Positions 9,461-18,753 of a DNA stretch of 64,000 nt are shown here, piece by piece. The notes beneath the pieces were generated by a model, which saw nothing but the letters and a program-made list of their open reading frames with translations, did not search any database and had not been told where the DNA came from. The position numbers and the translations under genes are program-made. Positions within the stretch are counted from its first letter, which is position 1. Each line of letters begins with the position of its first letter. This DNA comes from a bacterium (GTDB lineage Bacteria > Ratteibacteria > UBA8468 > B48-G9 > DTJG01), in NCBI GenBank assembly GCA_021800535.1, contig JAJYYV010000004.1:16007-80006 (forward strand), given 5' to 3'.

Positions 9461-10593
9461 TTATTGAAAAGATTTAATAGGATTACCTCTACTGAGTGCC
9501 CAGTTAGATAAAAGATTATCTTGCTGGGTTATTAAATTAGCAAGTGCATCTTCATTTTCCACTGAAGGTTCTATTAAGTATTTTATTCCAGTAGAACATA
9601 GGGTGGCATCGTATGCTACATCACACACACTTAGTCTTTTATCGCATTCTCCCCGGGTTGGCCATGGAGGACTATAATTTATATTTGGATGTCTCTTTTG
9701 GGCCGCTTCACTGCAAATCTTATTTATGGCTTCATTTAGTGCTTCCTTACCAAGGTTTTTAAGTATGTTTTTATAGGTATTATATATATCGTTTATCCAA
9801 TCTGCCACTTGAGATGAAGGATTTGGAATTCTTTGTGCACCAGAACCAGATTGAAAACCAGTTGGATCATTATTGTTTATTGGATTATTATCACAATAAA
9901 TATAAGGATATTTCAATATATTAGGGAAGGTTGGTAGCATATTTTCAGGAGTATATAGAAAAACTGGTGGTACTGGAATTAAAAGCAAATTTAAAATATC
10001 AGGATTTTCTCTTGGTTCACCACCACCACAAATTGGACATCCACCTAATGAAGTAGTTGGAGATAAAATTATATTTTCTGTATATTCTGGCACCTCTCTT
10101 AACAGCGGGTCTACTTCAAGGAATCTACCTAATCTTAGGTCTTGGTATCTTGCTCTGTAGTAATATAATCCTGCGTCTCTGTCATATTCTCTTCCTTGGT
10201 AAGTGATTGTGTTGGTAAAGCCGTTTTCTCTACCCCAGTCTATTCCTTCTCCTTCGTTTCCCTGTATGCCTTGTCCCTCTCCTCCTCTATTCATCATTTC
10301 TCCAAATGGTAGGTAATTATAACTGGCTATGACTTGCCCCCTTGAATTTGTCAGTTGTCTCACATTCCCTTCTCCATCATAGAGGTAGTATACTGTATGC
10401 CAGCGTACATATCCATTTTCTCTGTATCGCATACTTATGGGTTGGTCTGTTGTGTCTCCGTAGGTGTATATTTTCTTTGCCCTCCCATATTTATTATACA
10501 CTATAAGCACCTGGTCTATCCCATTTATTGTGTCAAAGAAATATTGGCTTACTTTTCCTCTTACATTTTTCTTATATACTCTCTTTGTTCCAC
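9461..10593 (-). CDS. Orphan Rhs core fragment with C-terminal tip (cassette B)
   Basis: Rhs core motifs ending in NNPINNNDPTG, then a unique Cys-containing tip. Homology begins at about 10593, upstream of the track's GTG at 10510. Confidence 0.85.
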
Positions 10594-10649
10594 TTTATTC
10601 CATTTGGTGAAGTTAGAATTGTACCATTAGAGTCTACTGCTACAAATTT
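10585..10649 (-). pseudogene. Single-blade remnant of a beta-propeller gene
   Basis: Translates to KFVAVDSNGTILTSPNGIKWNK and joins the Rhs core repeat at TGGAACAAA. Confidence 0.75.
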
Positions 10650-10657
10650 AGGTAGAT

Positions 10658-10912
10658 TTACCCATTTTTATCAAAAATTTTAATCTTCCATTTTTTATGC
10701 AACCAATTTGCAATAATTATTAAAAATACCCCTAAAAAGCCTAATATTAACCCCAAATATCCTATTTTTACCAAATGTATATTTTTATATATTTGAGAAG
10801 GACTTAAACCTAGAATAAATATAGCACTAATAGTAATACCAATAGCGAATCCATAAATTGTACCTACTAAATAAACTTTTTTGGTATTATGTAAATCTGA
10901 TGAATTCTTCAT
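10658..10912 (-). CDS. Small 2-TM protein (putative immunity)
   Basis: 84 aa with two hydrophobic helices, directly downstream of cassette A. Confidence 0.65.
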   Translation of the reverse strand: MKNSSDLHNTKKVYLVGTIYGFAIGITISAIFILGLSPSQIYKNIHLVKIGYLGLILGFLGVFLIIIANWLHKKWKIKIFDKNG

Positions 10913-10946
10913 TTTTTGATTTTTTATACAGCAAAATTAAAAAAAT

Positions 10947-12323
10947 TTATTCCTGCAATGGAGGATTATAATAATAAACTCCAGAGTTAACCCCACCTAA
11001 CCCACCACCTTCACTATTTCCACTATTCTTTATGCATTTTATTCCCCATTCTGTACATGATTGCTCTTCACATTCATGAAATGCTACAACAAGAGCTGTT
11101 ACATCAGATGCCCACATTTCAGGTCCTATCCATGGTATATTCCCTCCTGTTCTTTCTATCCACGCCAATATTCCATTAAGCACAACACTTCCCAAATTAA
11201 TCGATAAAGGTTTTGCAGTTAGAGCCAAAGCACAAGATCCTGCGCCAACATATCCCCAAATTTGCCAGTTATACTGATACTTTAAACAAACACTTTTATA
11301 ATGACCATTACAACACAAACCAGTAGGGTCTACATAATTTATAGGGTCATTATTTACGAAAATATAGGCAGGAGTGAAAATCGCATTGGAAGAAGGTGAA
11401 TAGTTATTTATTAAATTATTATTTTGATTGGTATTGCCACAGCATCCACATCCTGAATTTCCGTTTGCAGATGGCAAATTATTCTCTGTGGTGTAGGTAG
11501 GCACTTCTCTTAAAAGCGGGTCTACTTCAAGGAAACGGCCAAGTCTTGGGTCTTGGTATCTTGCTCTGTAGTAATATAATCCTGCGTCTCTGTCATATTC
11601 TCTTCCTTGATAAGTGATTGTATTTCTCATTCCGTTTTGTCCCCAGTTTTGCAGTCCACCGAAAGGTGTCCCGTCTCCTATGTTTTCGCCCTCTCCTGTG
11701 TCTTCTCCTTTATTCATCATCTCTCCAAATGGTAGGTAGTTGTATGTGGCTATGACTTGCCCCCTTGAATTTGTCCGTTGTCTCACATTCCCTTGCCCAT
11801 CATAGAGGTAATAAATTGTGTGCCAGCGGCCATATCCATTTTCCTTGTACTGTCGCATTTCTATTGGTTGGTCTGTTGTGTCTCCGTAGGTGTATATTTT
11901 CTTTGCCCTCCCATATTTATTATACACTATAAGCACCTGGTCTATCCCATTTATTGTGTCAAAGAAATATTGGCTTACTTTACCTCTTACATTTTTCTTA
12001 TATACTCTCTTTGTTCCACAATCGCAGTTATGGAATATCTCTGTTTTGTTGTTCGGGAACTCTATTTGGGTCAGTAGGTTATTGTAGTCATATGTATATG
12101 TTGTGGTGAATGTCCCGCAATTCTGATTTTCATTTCCGCCTATTTCTCCTTTTGTAATCTTAACCTGTTTTGTTGCTATATTCCCATTTGCGTCGTAGGT
12201 GTAGTTTGTTGTTGTTATTGGTATTGTTATCTGATTTCTTGGTGTATTGATTGTTTTTTCGTTTTGTTTCTGTATTAGTTGTTCCTGATTATTGTATGTA
12301 TATATTATTGTTTCTTCTGGCAT
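10947..12323 (-). CDS. Truncated Rhs/YD-repeat protein with Cys-rich tip (cassette A)
   Basis: YD repeats (YTYDANGN, YTYDYNN), Rhs core and DPINYVDPTG. Begins mid-repeat; ATG at 12323 is the most plausible start. Confidence 0.85.
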   Translation of the reverse strand: MPEETIIYTYNNQEQLIQKQNEKTINTPRNQITIPITTTNYTYDANGNIATKQVKITKGEIGGNENQNCGTFTTTYTYDYNNLLTQIEFPNNKTEIFHNCDCGTKRVYKKNVRGKVSQYFFDTINGIDQVLIVYNKYGRAKKIYTYGDTTDQPIEMRQYKENGYGRWHTIYYLYDGQGNVRQRTNSRGQVIATYNYLPFGEMMNKGEDTGEGENIGDGTPFGGLQNWGQNGMRNTITYQGREYDRDAGLYYYRARYQDPRLGRFLEVDPLLREVPTYTTENNLPSANGNSGCGCCGNTNQNNNLINNYSPSSNAIFTPAYIFVNNDPINYVDPTGLCCNGHYKSVCLKYQYNWQIWGYVGAGSCALALTAKPLSINLGSVVLNGILAWIERTGGNIPWIGPEMWASDVTALVVAFHECEEQSCTEWGIKCIKNSGNSEGGGLGGVNSGVYYYNPPLQE

Positions 12324-12379
12324 TACACATTGCGTCATCAAAAATCTATGTGAATTCGCTTTGCTCCTCAATGACTATG

Positions 12380-12406
12380 AGGTGTTTTGTAATCTACAAA
12401 ACACCT
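12380..12406. terminator. Perfect 12-bp stem-loop, possible terminator
   Basis: AGGTGTTTTGTA-ATC-TACAAAACACCT immediately after the cysH stop. T-rich tail only on the plus strand. Confidence 0.5.
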
Positions 12407-12414
12407 TGCTTTTA

Positions 12415-13116
12415 TTAAATCTTTGATTTTATAGGATGAAGTCCGCATTCCTTATTTTCTGGTGATTCCCACCACCATCGGCCAGCGCGAATATCTTCCC
12501 CCGGTTTAATTGCCCTGGTGCATGGAGCGCAACCAATACTTGGATATCCATTATCATGCAATTGATTATAAGGCACATTGTTTTTCTTTATATATTCCCA
12601 GACTTGTTGTTCTGACCAATCAGTAATTGGATTTATTTTTATTATTGAGTTATGGGCAATATCAATTTCAACTTTTTGTATATTTGTCCGGGTGACAGCT
12701 TGTTGTTTTCTTAAACCGCAAATCCATGCATCTAAATCTTTTAAAGCTCTGTTTAAAGGTTCAACTTTTCTAATGTTACAGCACAAATGTCTTAATTCAA
12801 TGCTCTTATAAAATAAATTAAACCCATATTCAGATATCATTTTTTCAATAGATGTTGTATCTGGATAATAAACATCCATAGTAATATTATATTTTTCTTT
12901 TATTTTATCCATAATATTATAAGTTTCCGGATGTAATCTTCCTGTATCAATGGTAAAAATTTTAATGGAAGGGGATGTTTTTGATATTATATCTATCAAA
13001 ACAACATCTTCTAATCCAAAACTTGATGCCAATGCGACTTTATTCTTGAATTTTTCACCTGCCCATTGAATTATTTCTTCTGCTTTTTTACTTTCCAATT
13101 CTTCAAATTTTTTCAT
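12415..13116 (-). CDS. cysH: Thioredoxin-dependent APS/PAPS reductase (4Fe-4S APS type)
   Basis: IDTGRLH, LCCNIRKVEP, YPSIGCAPCT, RAGRWWWE and ECGLH motifs. Confidence 0.93.
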   Translation of the reverse strand: MKKFEELESKKAEEIIQWAGEKFKNKVALASSFGLEDVVLIDIISKTSPSIKIFTIDTGRLHPETYNIMDKIKEKYNITMDVYYPDTTSIEKMISEYGFNLFYKSIELRHLCCNIRKVEPLNRALKDLDAWICGLRKQQAVTRTNIQKVEIDIAHNSIIKINPITDWSEQQVWEYIKKNNVPYNQLHDNGYPSIGCAPCTRAIKPGEDIRAGRWWWESPENKECGLHPIKSKI

Positions 13117-13221
13117 TTTTTCCTCCTGTTTTTTTTGTTTTATATTTAATATTTTATTTATTCTACTTATTCTATTGAATTAATATTATAATATAAAAAA
13201 ATTTTTGTCAAGACAAAATTT

Positions 13222-13250
13222 TTGACAATATAAAATTTTAATATTATGAT
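13222..13250 (+). promoter_or_regulatory. sigma70 promoter of the rplM operon
   Basis: TTGACA (13222-13227), 17 bp spacer, TATGAT (13245-13250). Confidence 0.65.
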
Positions 13251-13281
13251 ATATCATAATTTAATTTATATGGGGGATTAG

Positions 13282-13719
13282 ATGAGACAGAAGAAAACAT
13301 TTTTACCAAAAGTTGAAAGTATAGAAAAAAAATATTTTCTTATAGATGCAAAAGATAAAGTACTTGGAAGGCTTGCAACAAATGTGGCAACTATTCTTAT
13401 GGGGAAACATAAGCCTTTATGGACACCATTTTTAGACACAGGTGATTTTGTAATTATTATTAATGCTGAAAAAGTAAAATTTACAGGCAAGAAACTTTTA
13501 GAGAAGGCTTATTATAGACATTCCGGATATCTTGGAGGATTAAAAAAAGAAACTGCTTTTTCTCTTCTTCAGAAAAATCCTGAAACTGTAATATTTCATG
13601 CAGTTAAGGGTATGCTTCCTAAAAATCATCTTGGTAGAAAAATGCTTAAAAAATTAAAAGTGTATAAAGGGCCTGAACACTTACATCAGGCACAGAAACC
13701 TGCTCTACTGGAGTTTTAA
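13282..13719 (+). CDS. rplM: 50S ribosomal protein L13
   Basis: [12 protein letters not shown]...GKHKP...[11 protein letters not shown]...YYRHSGY.GGLK...[11 protein letters not shown]. Confidence 0.97.
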   Translation: MRQKKTFLPKVESIEKKYFLIDAKDKVLGRLATNVATILMGKHKPLWTPFLDTGDFVIIINAEKVKFTGKKLLEKAYYRHSGYLGGLKKETAFSLLQKNPETVIFHAVKGMLPKNHLGRKMLKKLKVYKGPEHLHQAQKPALLEF

Positions 13720-13720
13720 T

Positions 13721-14953
13721 ATGCCTAAAATTTATATTATAGATGTTACAAACAGAGATGGGGTTCAAACAGCCCGTCTTGGATTGGCCAAGATTGAGAA
13801 AACAATGATAAATTTTTATCTCAATCAAATGGGGGTTTTTCAATCTGAATTTGGTTTTCCTGTTACAAAACATGAAATAAACTATCTTAAGGCAAATCTT
13901 CAATTAGCCCAAAAAAAGGTTTTGTTTCCTATCAGACTTTCCGGATGGATGAGAGCGATTAAAGAAGATATAGATGTTACCGTTAAAAATCTTCCTGAGA
14001 TTGAATATATAAATATTTCTATTTCCACCTCAGACCAGATGATAGATGGCAAATTTCTTGGTAGAAAAGGTTTTAATGATGTAATTAAGGATACAGTTGA
14101 TGCCATAAAAGCTGCAAAATCATATGGAATAAAATCTGTAGGTGTTAATGCAGAAGACGCTTCCAGGACAGATATAAAAAAACTTATTGATTTTACAATA
14201 GCAGCAAAAGAACAGGGAGCAGAAAGAGTTAGATATTGTGATACTCTTGGATATGATACGCCGTTTTCTATATACGATAAAATTTATAAAGTTGCAGAAA
14301 AAGTCAAAATACCTATAGAACTTCATTGCCATAATGACCTTGGTATGGCAGTGGCATGTTCTATTGCAGGAGCAAAAGCAGCAAATGATGCTGGAGTGGA
14401 TGCTTATATTAATACTACAATAAATGGTATGGGTGAAAGGGCAGGTAATGCAGACCTTATTTCTGTGATATTGGCAATTAAGTATGGGGATGGTTTAGAT
14501 GGGCACTATAGGCTTGATAGTAATATTAACCTTTCTATGGCATGGAAGATAGCGCATTATGCTTCTTATGCTTTGAAGGTTCCCATTCCTATTAATCAGG
14601 TAGGGGTTGGAGCAAATGCCTTTGCTCATTCTTCAGGAATTCATGTTGATGGAGCATTGAAAGACAGAAGAAATTATGAATTATATGATTATGAAGAATT
14701 GGGAAGAGGAGAACCTGAAATTATAGAAACAGGAAGAATGATATTACTTGGTGAATATAGTGGAATAAAGGGTTTAAGAAATATTTATGGAAAACTTGAA
14801 ATAGAATTTAAGAATGATGAAGAAGCAAGAAAAATACTTGAACTTGCCCGTTATGCCAATGTTCATAAACAAAAGCCTGTAACAGAAGATGAGCTAAGAT
14901 TTATTGCTCAATATCCTGAAGAATGCAGGCTTTTAATGACAACAATACCATAA
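13721..14953 (+). CDS. Homocitrate synthase / isopropylmalate synthase family (DRE-TIM) protein
   Basis: DVTNRDGVQ, HCHNDLGMA, NGMGERAGNA and AFAHSSGIH motifs. No LeuA regulatory domain. Confidence 0.85.
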   Translation: MPKIYIIDVTNRDGVQTARLGLAKIEKTMINFYLNQMGVFQSEFGFPVTKHEINYLKANLQLAQKKVLFPIRLSGWMRAIKEDIDVTVKNLPEIEYINISISTSDQMIDGKFLGRKGFNDVIKDTVDAIKAAKSYGIKSVGVNAEDASRTDIKKLIDFTIAAKEQGAERVRYCDTLGYDTPFSIYDKIYKVAEKVKIPIELHCHNDLGMAVACSIAGAKAANDAGVDAYINTTINGMGERAGNADLISVILAIKYGDGLDGHYRLDSNINLSMAWKIAHYASYALKVPIPINQVGVGANAFAHSSGIHVDGALKDRRNYELYDYEELGRGEPEIIETGRMILLGEYSGIKGLRNIYGKLEIEFKNDEEARKILELARYANVHKQKPVTEDELRFIAQYPEECRLLMTTIP

Positions 14954-15003
14954 TATTATATATTGTAACCACTCAATGAAGTCTATAGTAATAAAGTCAG
15001 CCG

Positions 15004-16275
15004 ATGACTGAAATTATCATGGGACAAACAATAGCAGAAAAAATTCTTTCATTTCATTCAGGTAAAAAATTAGAATCTGGTGATATTTGTATTGCCAATG
15101 TGGATTTTGTAATGGGCCAGGATGGAACAACCCCTCTGGTTATAGAAGCATTTAAAAATCTTGGAGCAAAACAGATTTTTGATTGTGAAAAAACTTGTTT
15201 TGTTTTTGACCATAGTGCCCCCAGTCCAAATATGGGTGTTTCTGCTCTTCATAAACTAATGAGAGATTTTATTTCTAACCATAAAATACAAAAAATGGAG
15301 ATTGGAGAGGGGATATGTCATGTTCTTGTTCCTGAAAAAGGTTTTTTAAAACCCGGAAATCTTGTCGTTGGAGCAGATAGTCACACTCCTACTTATGGCG
15401 CATTAAATATTCTGTCCTGTGGGATGGGTTCAACAGATATTGCCATAGCTTTAATGACAGGCAAGCAATGGTTTAAGGTTCCCAGGACAACAAAGGTTGT
15501 GTTTGAAGGAAAACTTCCTTTTGGAGTATATGCAAAGGATTTAGGTTTGCTAATGGTAAAAACTATTACTGCTTCCGGAGCAATATACCATTCTTTGGAA
15601 ATTACCGGAGATACTATAGCTGCTCTTTCAATGGATGGAAGATTTACTATTGCAAATCTTGTTACAGAGGTTGGAGGTAAGACATGTTGTATGGAATATG
15701 ATAAAAAAGTTGAAGAATATCTTAAGCCATTTTATTCTCCGGAATCTTTAAATCCTGTGTTTTCTGATAAAGATGCAAAATATGACAATGAAATCCATCT
15801 TAATATAGAAAACCTTAATCCTCTTGTTGCAAAACCTCATACAGTGGATAATGTGGACCAGGCTCAACATTTTAAAGGGACTAAAATTAATCAGGCATTT
15901 ATTGGGACATGTACAAATGGCAGAATTGAAGATCTTGAAATTGTCGCCGGTATCTTAAAAGGGAAAAAGGTCAACCCTGATGTTAGAACAATTATTACCC
16001 CGGGTTCAAGAAAAATTTTTCTTGAAGCATTAGAAAAAGGTTTTATTAAAATTTTTCTTGAAAGCGGCTGTTGTGTTACAAATCCAGGTTGTGGTGCCTG
16101 CGTGGGGACTCATCAGGGAATTCCTTCTGATAATGATGTTGTAATTTCCACTGCCAATAGAAATTTTAAAGGCAGAATGGGAAATCCAAATGCATTTATA
16201 TATCTTGCTTCTCCAGCAACAGTCGCGGCCAGTGCAATAACAGGAGAAATAACTGACCCAAGAAATTTTTTATAA
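15004..16275 (+). CDS. Homoaconitase / 3-isopropylmalate dehydratase large subunit
   Basis: VGADSHT, FIGTCTNGR, PGCGACVG, STANRNFKGRMG and YLASP motifs. Confidence 0.9.
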   Translation: MTEIIMGQTIAEKILSFHSGKKLESGDICIANVDFVMGQDGTTPLVIEAFKNLGAKQIFDCEKTCFVFDHSAPSPNMGVSALHKLMRDFISNHKIQKMEIGEGICHVLVPEKGFLKPGNLVVGADSHTPTYGALNILSCGMGSTDIAIALMTGKQWFKVPRTTKVVFEGKLPFGVYAKDLGLLMVKTITASGAIYHSLEITGDTIAALSMDGRFTIANLVTEVGGKTCCMEYDKKVEEYLKPFYSPESLNPVFSDKDAKYDNEIHLNIENLNPLVAKPHTVDNVDQAQHFKGTKINQAFIGTCTNGRIEDLEIVAGILKGKKVNPDVRTIITPGSRKIFLEALEKGFIKIFLESGCCVTNPGCGACVGTHQGIPSDNDVVISTANRNFKGRMGNPNAFIYLASPATVAASAITGEITDPRNFL

Positions 16276-17712
16276 ATGGATATACTTAAGAATTCAATTT
16301 CACAGTTAAAAAATCTCTATATAAAAAAAGAAATATCCCCTGTAGAAGTTTTAAATCAGATTATAAATGAGATATCACAAAGAGATAAAGAAATACATTC
16401 TTTTCTTTATTTGAATGAAAAAGTGGTTGCTGAGGCAAAATCTGCAGAAAAAAGATATATAGAAGGAAATTATAGAAAATTAGAAGGTATACCAATAGCA
16501 GTAAAAGATAATATATGCACCATTGAGCAGCCAACAACATGCGCTTCAAAAATTCTTCAGAATTATATCCCCCCTTATGATGCCACAGTAATAAGAAATT
16601 TAAAGGAAAATGGGGCAATTATTATAGGTAAAACCAATATGGATGAATTTGCTTTTGGTTCTTCTACAGAAAATTCATTTTTTGGTCCAACCAAAAATCC
16701 TTTTGATACATCTTATGTTCCTGGGGGTTCAAGTGGTGGTTCTGCTGCAGCTGTGGCGGCAAATCTTACTTTTGGAGCACTTGGTTCAGATACCGGGGGT
16801 TCAATAAGACAACCTGCTTGTTTTTGCGGAGTTGTTGGATTAAAACCAGGCTATGGCAGGGTATCCAGATATGGACTGGTGGCTTTTGGTTCTTCTTTGG
16901 ACCAGATAGGGCCCATAACAAAAGATGTAAAAGACAGCGCTATTATCTTGCAGATTATTTCAGGTCAAGATAAAATGGATTCTACCTGTTTGGATATTGG
17001 TGTTTTGGATTATGAAAAAGAAATAGAAAAAGAGATAATACCATCAAAGTATAAAATAGGTATTCCCAAAGAATATTTTATTGGAGGAATGGATAAACAA
17101 ATAAAAGATAGGGCAGAATCCATAATTAAACAATTGGAAAAACAAGGTTTTATTTTGGAGGAAATCAGTCTTCCGCATACTGAATATGGTATTGCTGCAT
17201 ATTATATTATTGCTACTGCAGAGGCAAGTACAAATCTTGCAAGATTTGATGGGATAAGATATGGTTATAGAACCAAAAACTATTCTAATGTGCAGGAATT
17301 GTATTTTAATACGAGGCAGGAAGGTTTTGGTTTTGAAGTAAAAAGAAGGATTATTCTTGGTACATTTGTTCTTTCTTCAGGATATTATGATGCTTACTAT
17401 ATAAAAGCTCAAAAGGTACGTTCTCTTATAAAAAATGATTTTCAGAAAGCATTTGAAAAAGTGGATATTATTCTTACTCCTACAACTCCTGAATTACCTT
17501 TTAAACTTGGAGAAAAAACATCTGACCCTTTAAAAATGTATCTTTCTGATATATTTACTGTAAATGTGAATCTTGCAGGGCTTCCTGCGATTAATATTCC
17601 TGTTGGATTTTCCAGGGAAAATCTTCCGATAGGGGTCCAACTCATTACTAAATCTTTTACAGAAGAAAAGATTTTACAAATGGCTTATTATATTGAGAAT
17701 AATATAAAATAA
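16276..17712 (+). CDS. gatA: Glu/Asp-tRNA amidotransferase subunit A
   Basis: GKTNMDEFA.GSS, PGGSSGGSAA, GSDTGGSIRQPA and EVKRRIILGT motifs. Confidence 0.96.
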   Translation: MDILKNSISQLKNLYIKKEISPVEVLNQIINEISQRDKEIHSFLYLNEKVVAEAKSAEKRYIEGNYRKLEGIPIAVKDNICTIEQPTTCASKILQNYIPPYDATVIRNLKENGAIIIGKTNMDEFAFGSSTENSFFGPTKNPFDTSYVPGGSSGGSAAAVAANLTFGALGSDTGGSIRQPACFCGVVGLKPGYGRVSRYGLVAFGSSLDQIGPITKDVKDSAIILQIISGQDKMDSTCLDIGVLDYEKEIEKEIIPSKYKIGIPKEYFIGGMDKQIKDRAESIIKQLEKQGFILEEISLPHTEYGIAAYYIIATAEASTNLARFDGIRYGYRTKNYSNVQELYFNTRQEGFGFEVKRRIILGTFVLSSGYYDAYYIKAQKVRSLIKNDFQKAFEKVDIILTPTTPELPFKLGEKTSDPLKMYLSDIFTVNVNLAGLPAINIPVGFSRENLPIGVQLITKSFTEEKILQMAYYIENNIK

Positions 17713-17716
17713 GATT

Positions 17717-18751
17717 ATGAAAAAAATATTAGCAGAAAAAATACTATCTTTAGAGGATACAAAAAAGTTTATTGAAACAGTAAAACACTTAAAGATTCTT
17801 GTTATTGGAGATATTATTCTTGATAAATTTACATGGGGAAATGTTAGAAGAATTTCTCCTGAAGCTCCTGTTCCTATAGTAGAGGTAAAAAAAGAAACCT
17901 TTACTGCAGGAGGAGCAGGAAATGTATGTTTAAATATAGTTGATATAGGTGGAAATGTTTCTTTTTGTGGGAAAATAGGCAATGATATAAATGGGCAGCT
18001 TCTTATAAAAATGTTAGATACCAAAAATATACAACATTATTTAATTTCAGAAGATGATTATTACACAATTACAAAAACAAGGATTATTGCCGGTTCTCAG
18101 CAACTTGTAAGGATTGACCATGAACAGATTAAAGAACTTACTGTTTCAGAAGTGAATAAGATAAAATTTTTTTTAAAGAAAGAAATTGAAAAAAGTGATG
18201 GTGTCCTTATTTCTGATTATGGAAAGGGAATGATTACACCTTATCTAATGAAATTTATAATTAAAGAATGTTTATCTCAGCATAAAATTATAACCATTGA
18301 CCCAAAAATCAAACATTTTTTATACTATAAAAAATCTACCTGTCTTACCCCCAATCAATATGAAGCAAGTGGCGGAATTGGTCAGCATGAACCAGAAAAT
18401 CAACAGGATATAAATAAATTGGGACTTAAGATAAATCAAAAACTAAAAAGTAAAAATCTTATAATTACCCAGGGGAAGGATGGTATGAGTGTTTTTACAG
18501 AAAATAAAGAAATTTATCATCTTTCTGCCATAAGCAAAGAGGTCTATGATGTAACCGGGGCAGGAGATACTGTAATATCCATTTTAACTCTTGCATTAGC
18601 AATTGGTTTTGATATAGTAAAAGCAGCATTGCTTTCAAATTTTTGTGCGGCAGTAGTTATTCAAAAAATAGGAACAGCCACTGTTAACCCGGCAGAATTG
18701 GGAACTATTATAAAAGAAAACATTGGAGAGATTTCTATAACAAAGTATTAA
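17717..18751 (+). CDS. rfaE1: D-glycero-manno-heptose-7-phosphate kinase (HldE/RfaE domain I)
   Basis: RISPEAPVP, SDYGKG and VYDVTGAGDTV motifs. Confidence 0.9.
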   Translation: MKKILAEKILSLEDTKKFIETVKHLKILVIGDIILDKFTWGNVRRISPEAPVPIVEVKKETFTAGGAGNVCLNIVDIGGNVSFCGKIGNDINGQLLIKMLDTKNIQHYLISEDDYYTITKTRIIAGSQQLVRIDHEQIKELTVSEVNKIKFFLKKEIEKSDGVLISDYGKGMITPYLMKFIIKECLSQHKIITIDPKIKHFLYYKKSTCLTPNQYEASGGIGQHEPENQQDINKLGLKINQKLKSKNLIITQGKDGMSVFTENKEIYHLSAISKEVYDVTGAGDTVISILTLALAIGFDIVKAALLSNFCAAVVIQKIGTATVNPAELGTIIKENIGEISITKY

Positions 18752-18753
18752 AA

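Larger units (their letters stand above)
5085..12046. repeat. Four dispersed ~300-bp Rhs-core repeats (about 5085-5392, 6918-7241, 10290-10593, 11712-12046)
   Basis: Visibly near-identical DNA, e.g. ctttgccctcccatatttattatacactataa in all four copies. Confidence 0.9.

Noticed and set aside
5150..12087. Recurrent plus-strand ORFs (MSHI...FLCPPIFIIHYKHLVY)
   Set aside because: Antisense shadows of the repeated Rhs core; their similarity comes from the DNA repeat.
2880..12371. CRISPR array or diversity-generating retroelement as the source of the repeats
   Set aside because: The repeats are coding and long. There is no repeat-spacer periodicity, no cas or reverse transcriptase gene, and no evident adenine-specific variation.
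12324..12371. TTG-started N-terminal extension of the Rhs ORF
   Set aside because: It runs through a palindromic non-coding unit and has no Rhs-like sequence.
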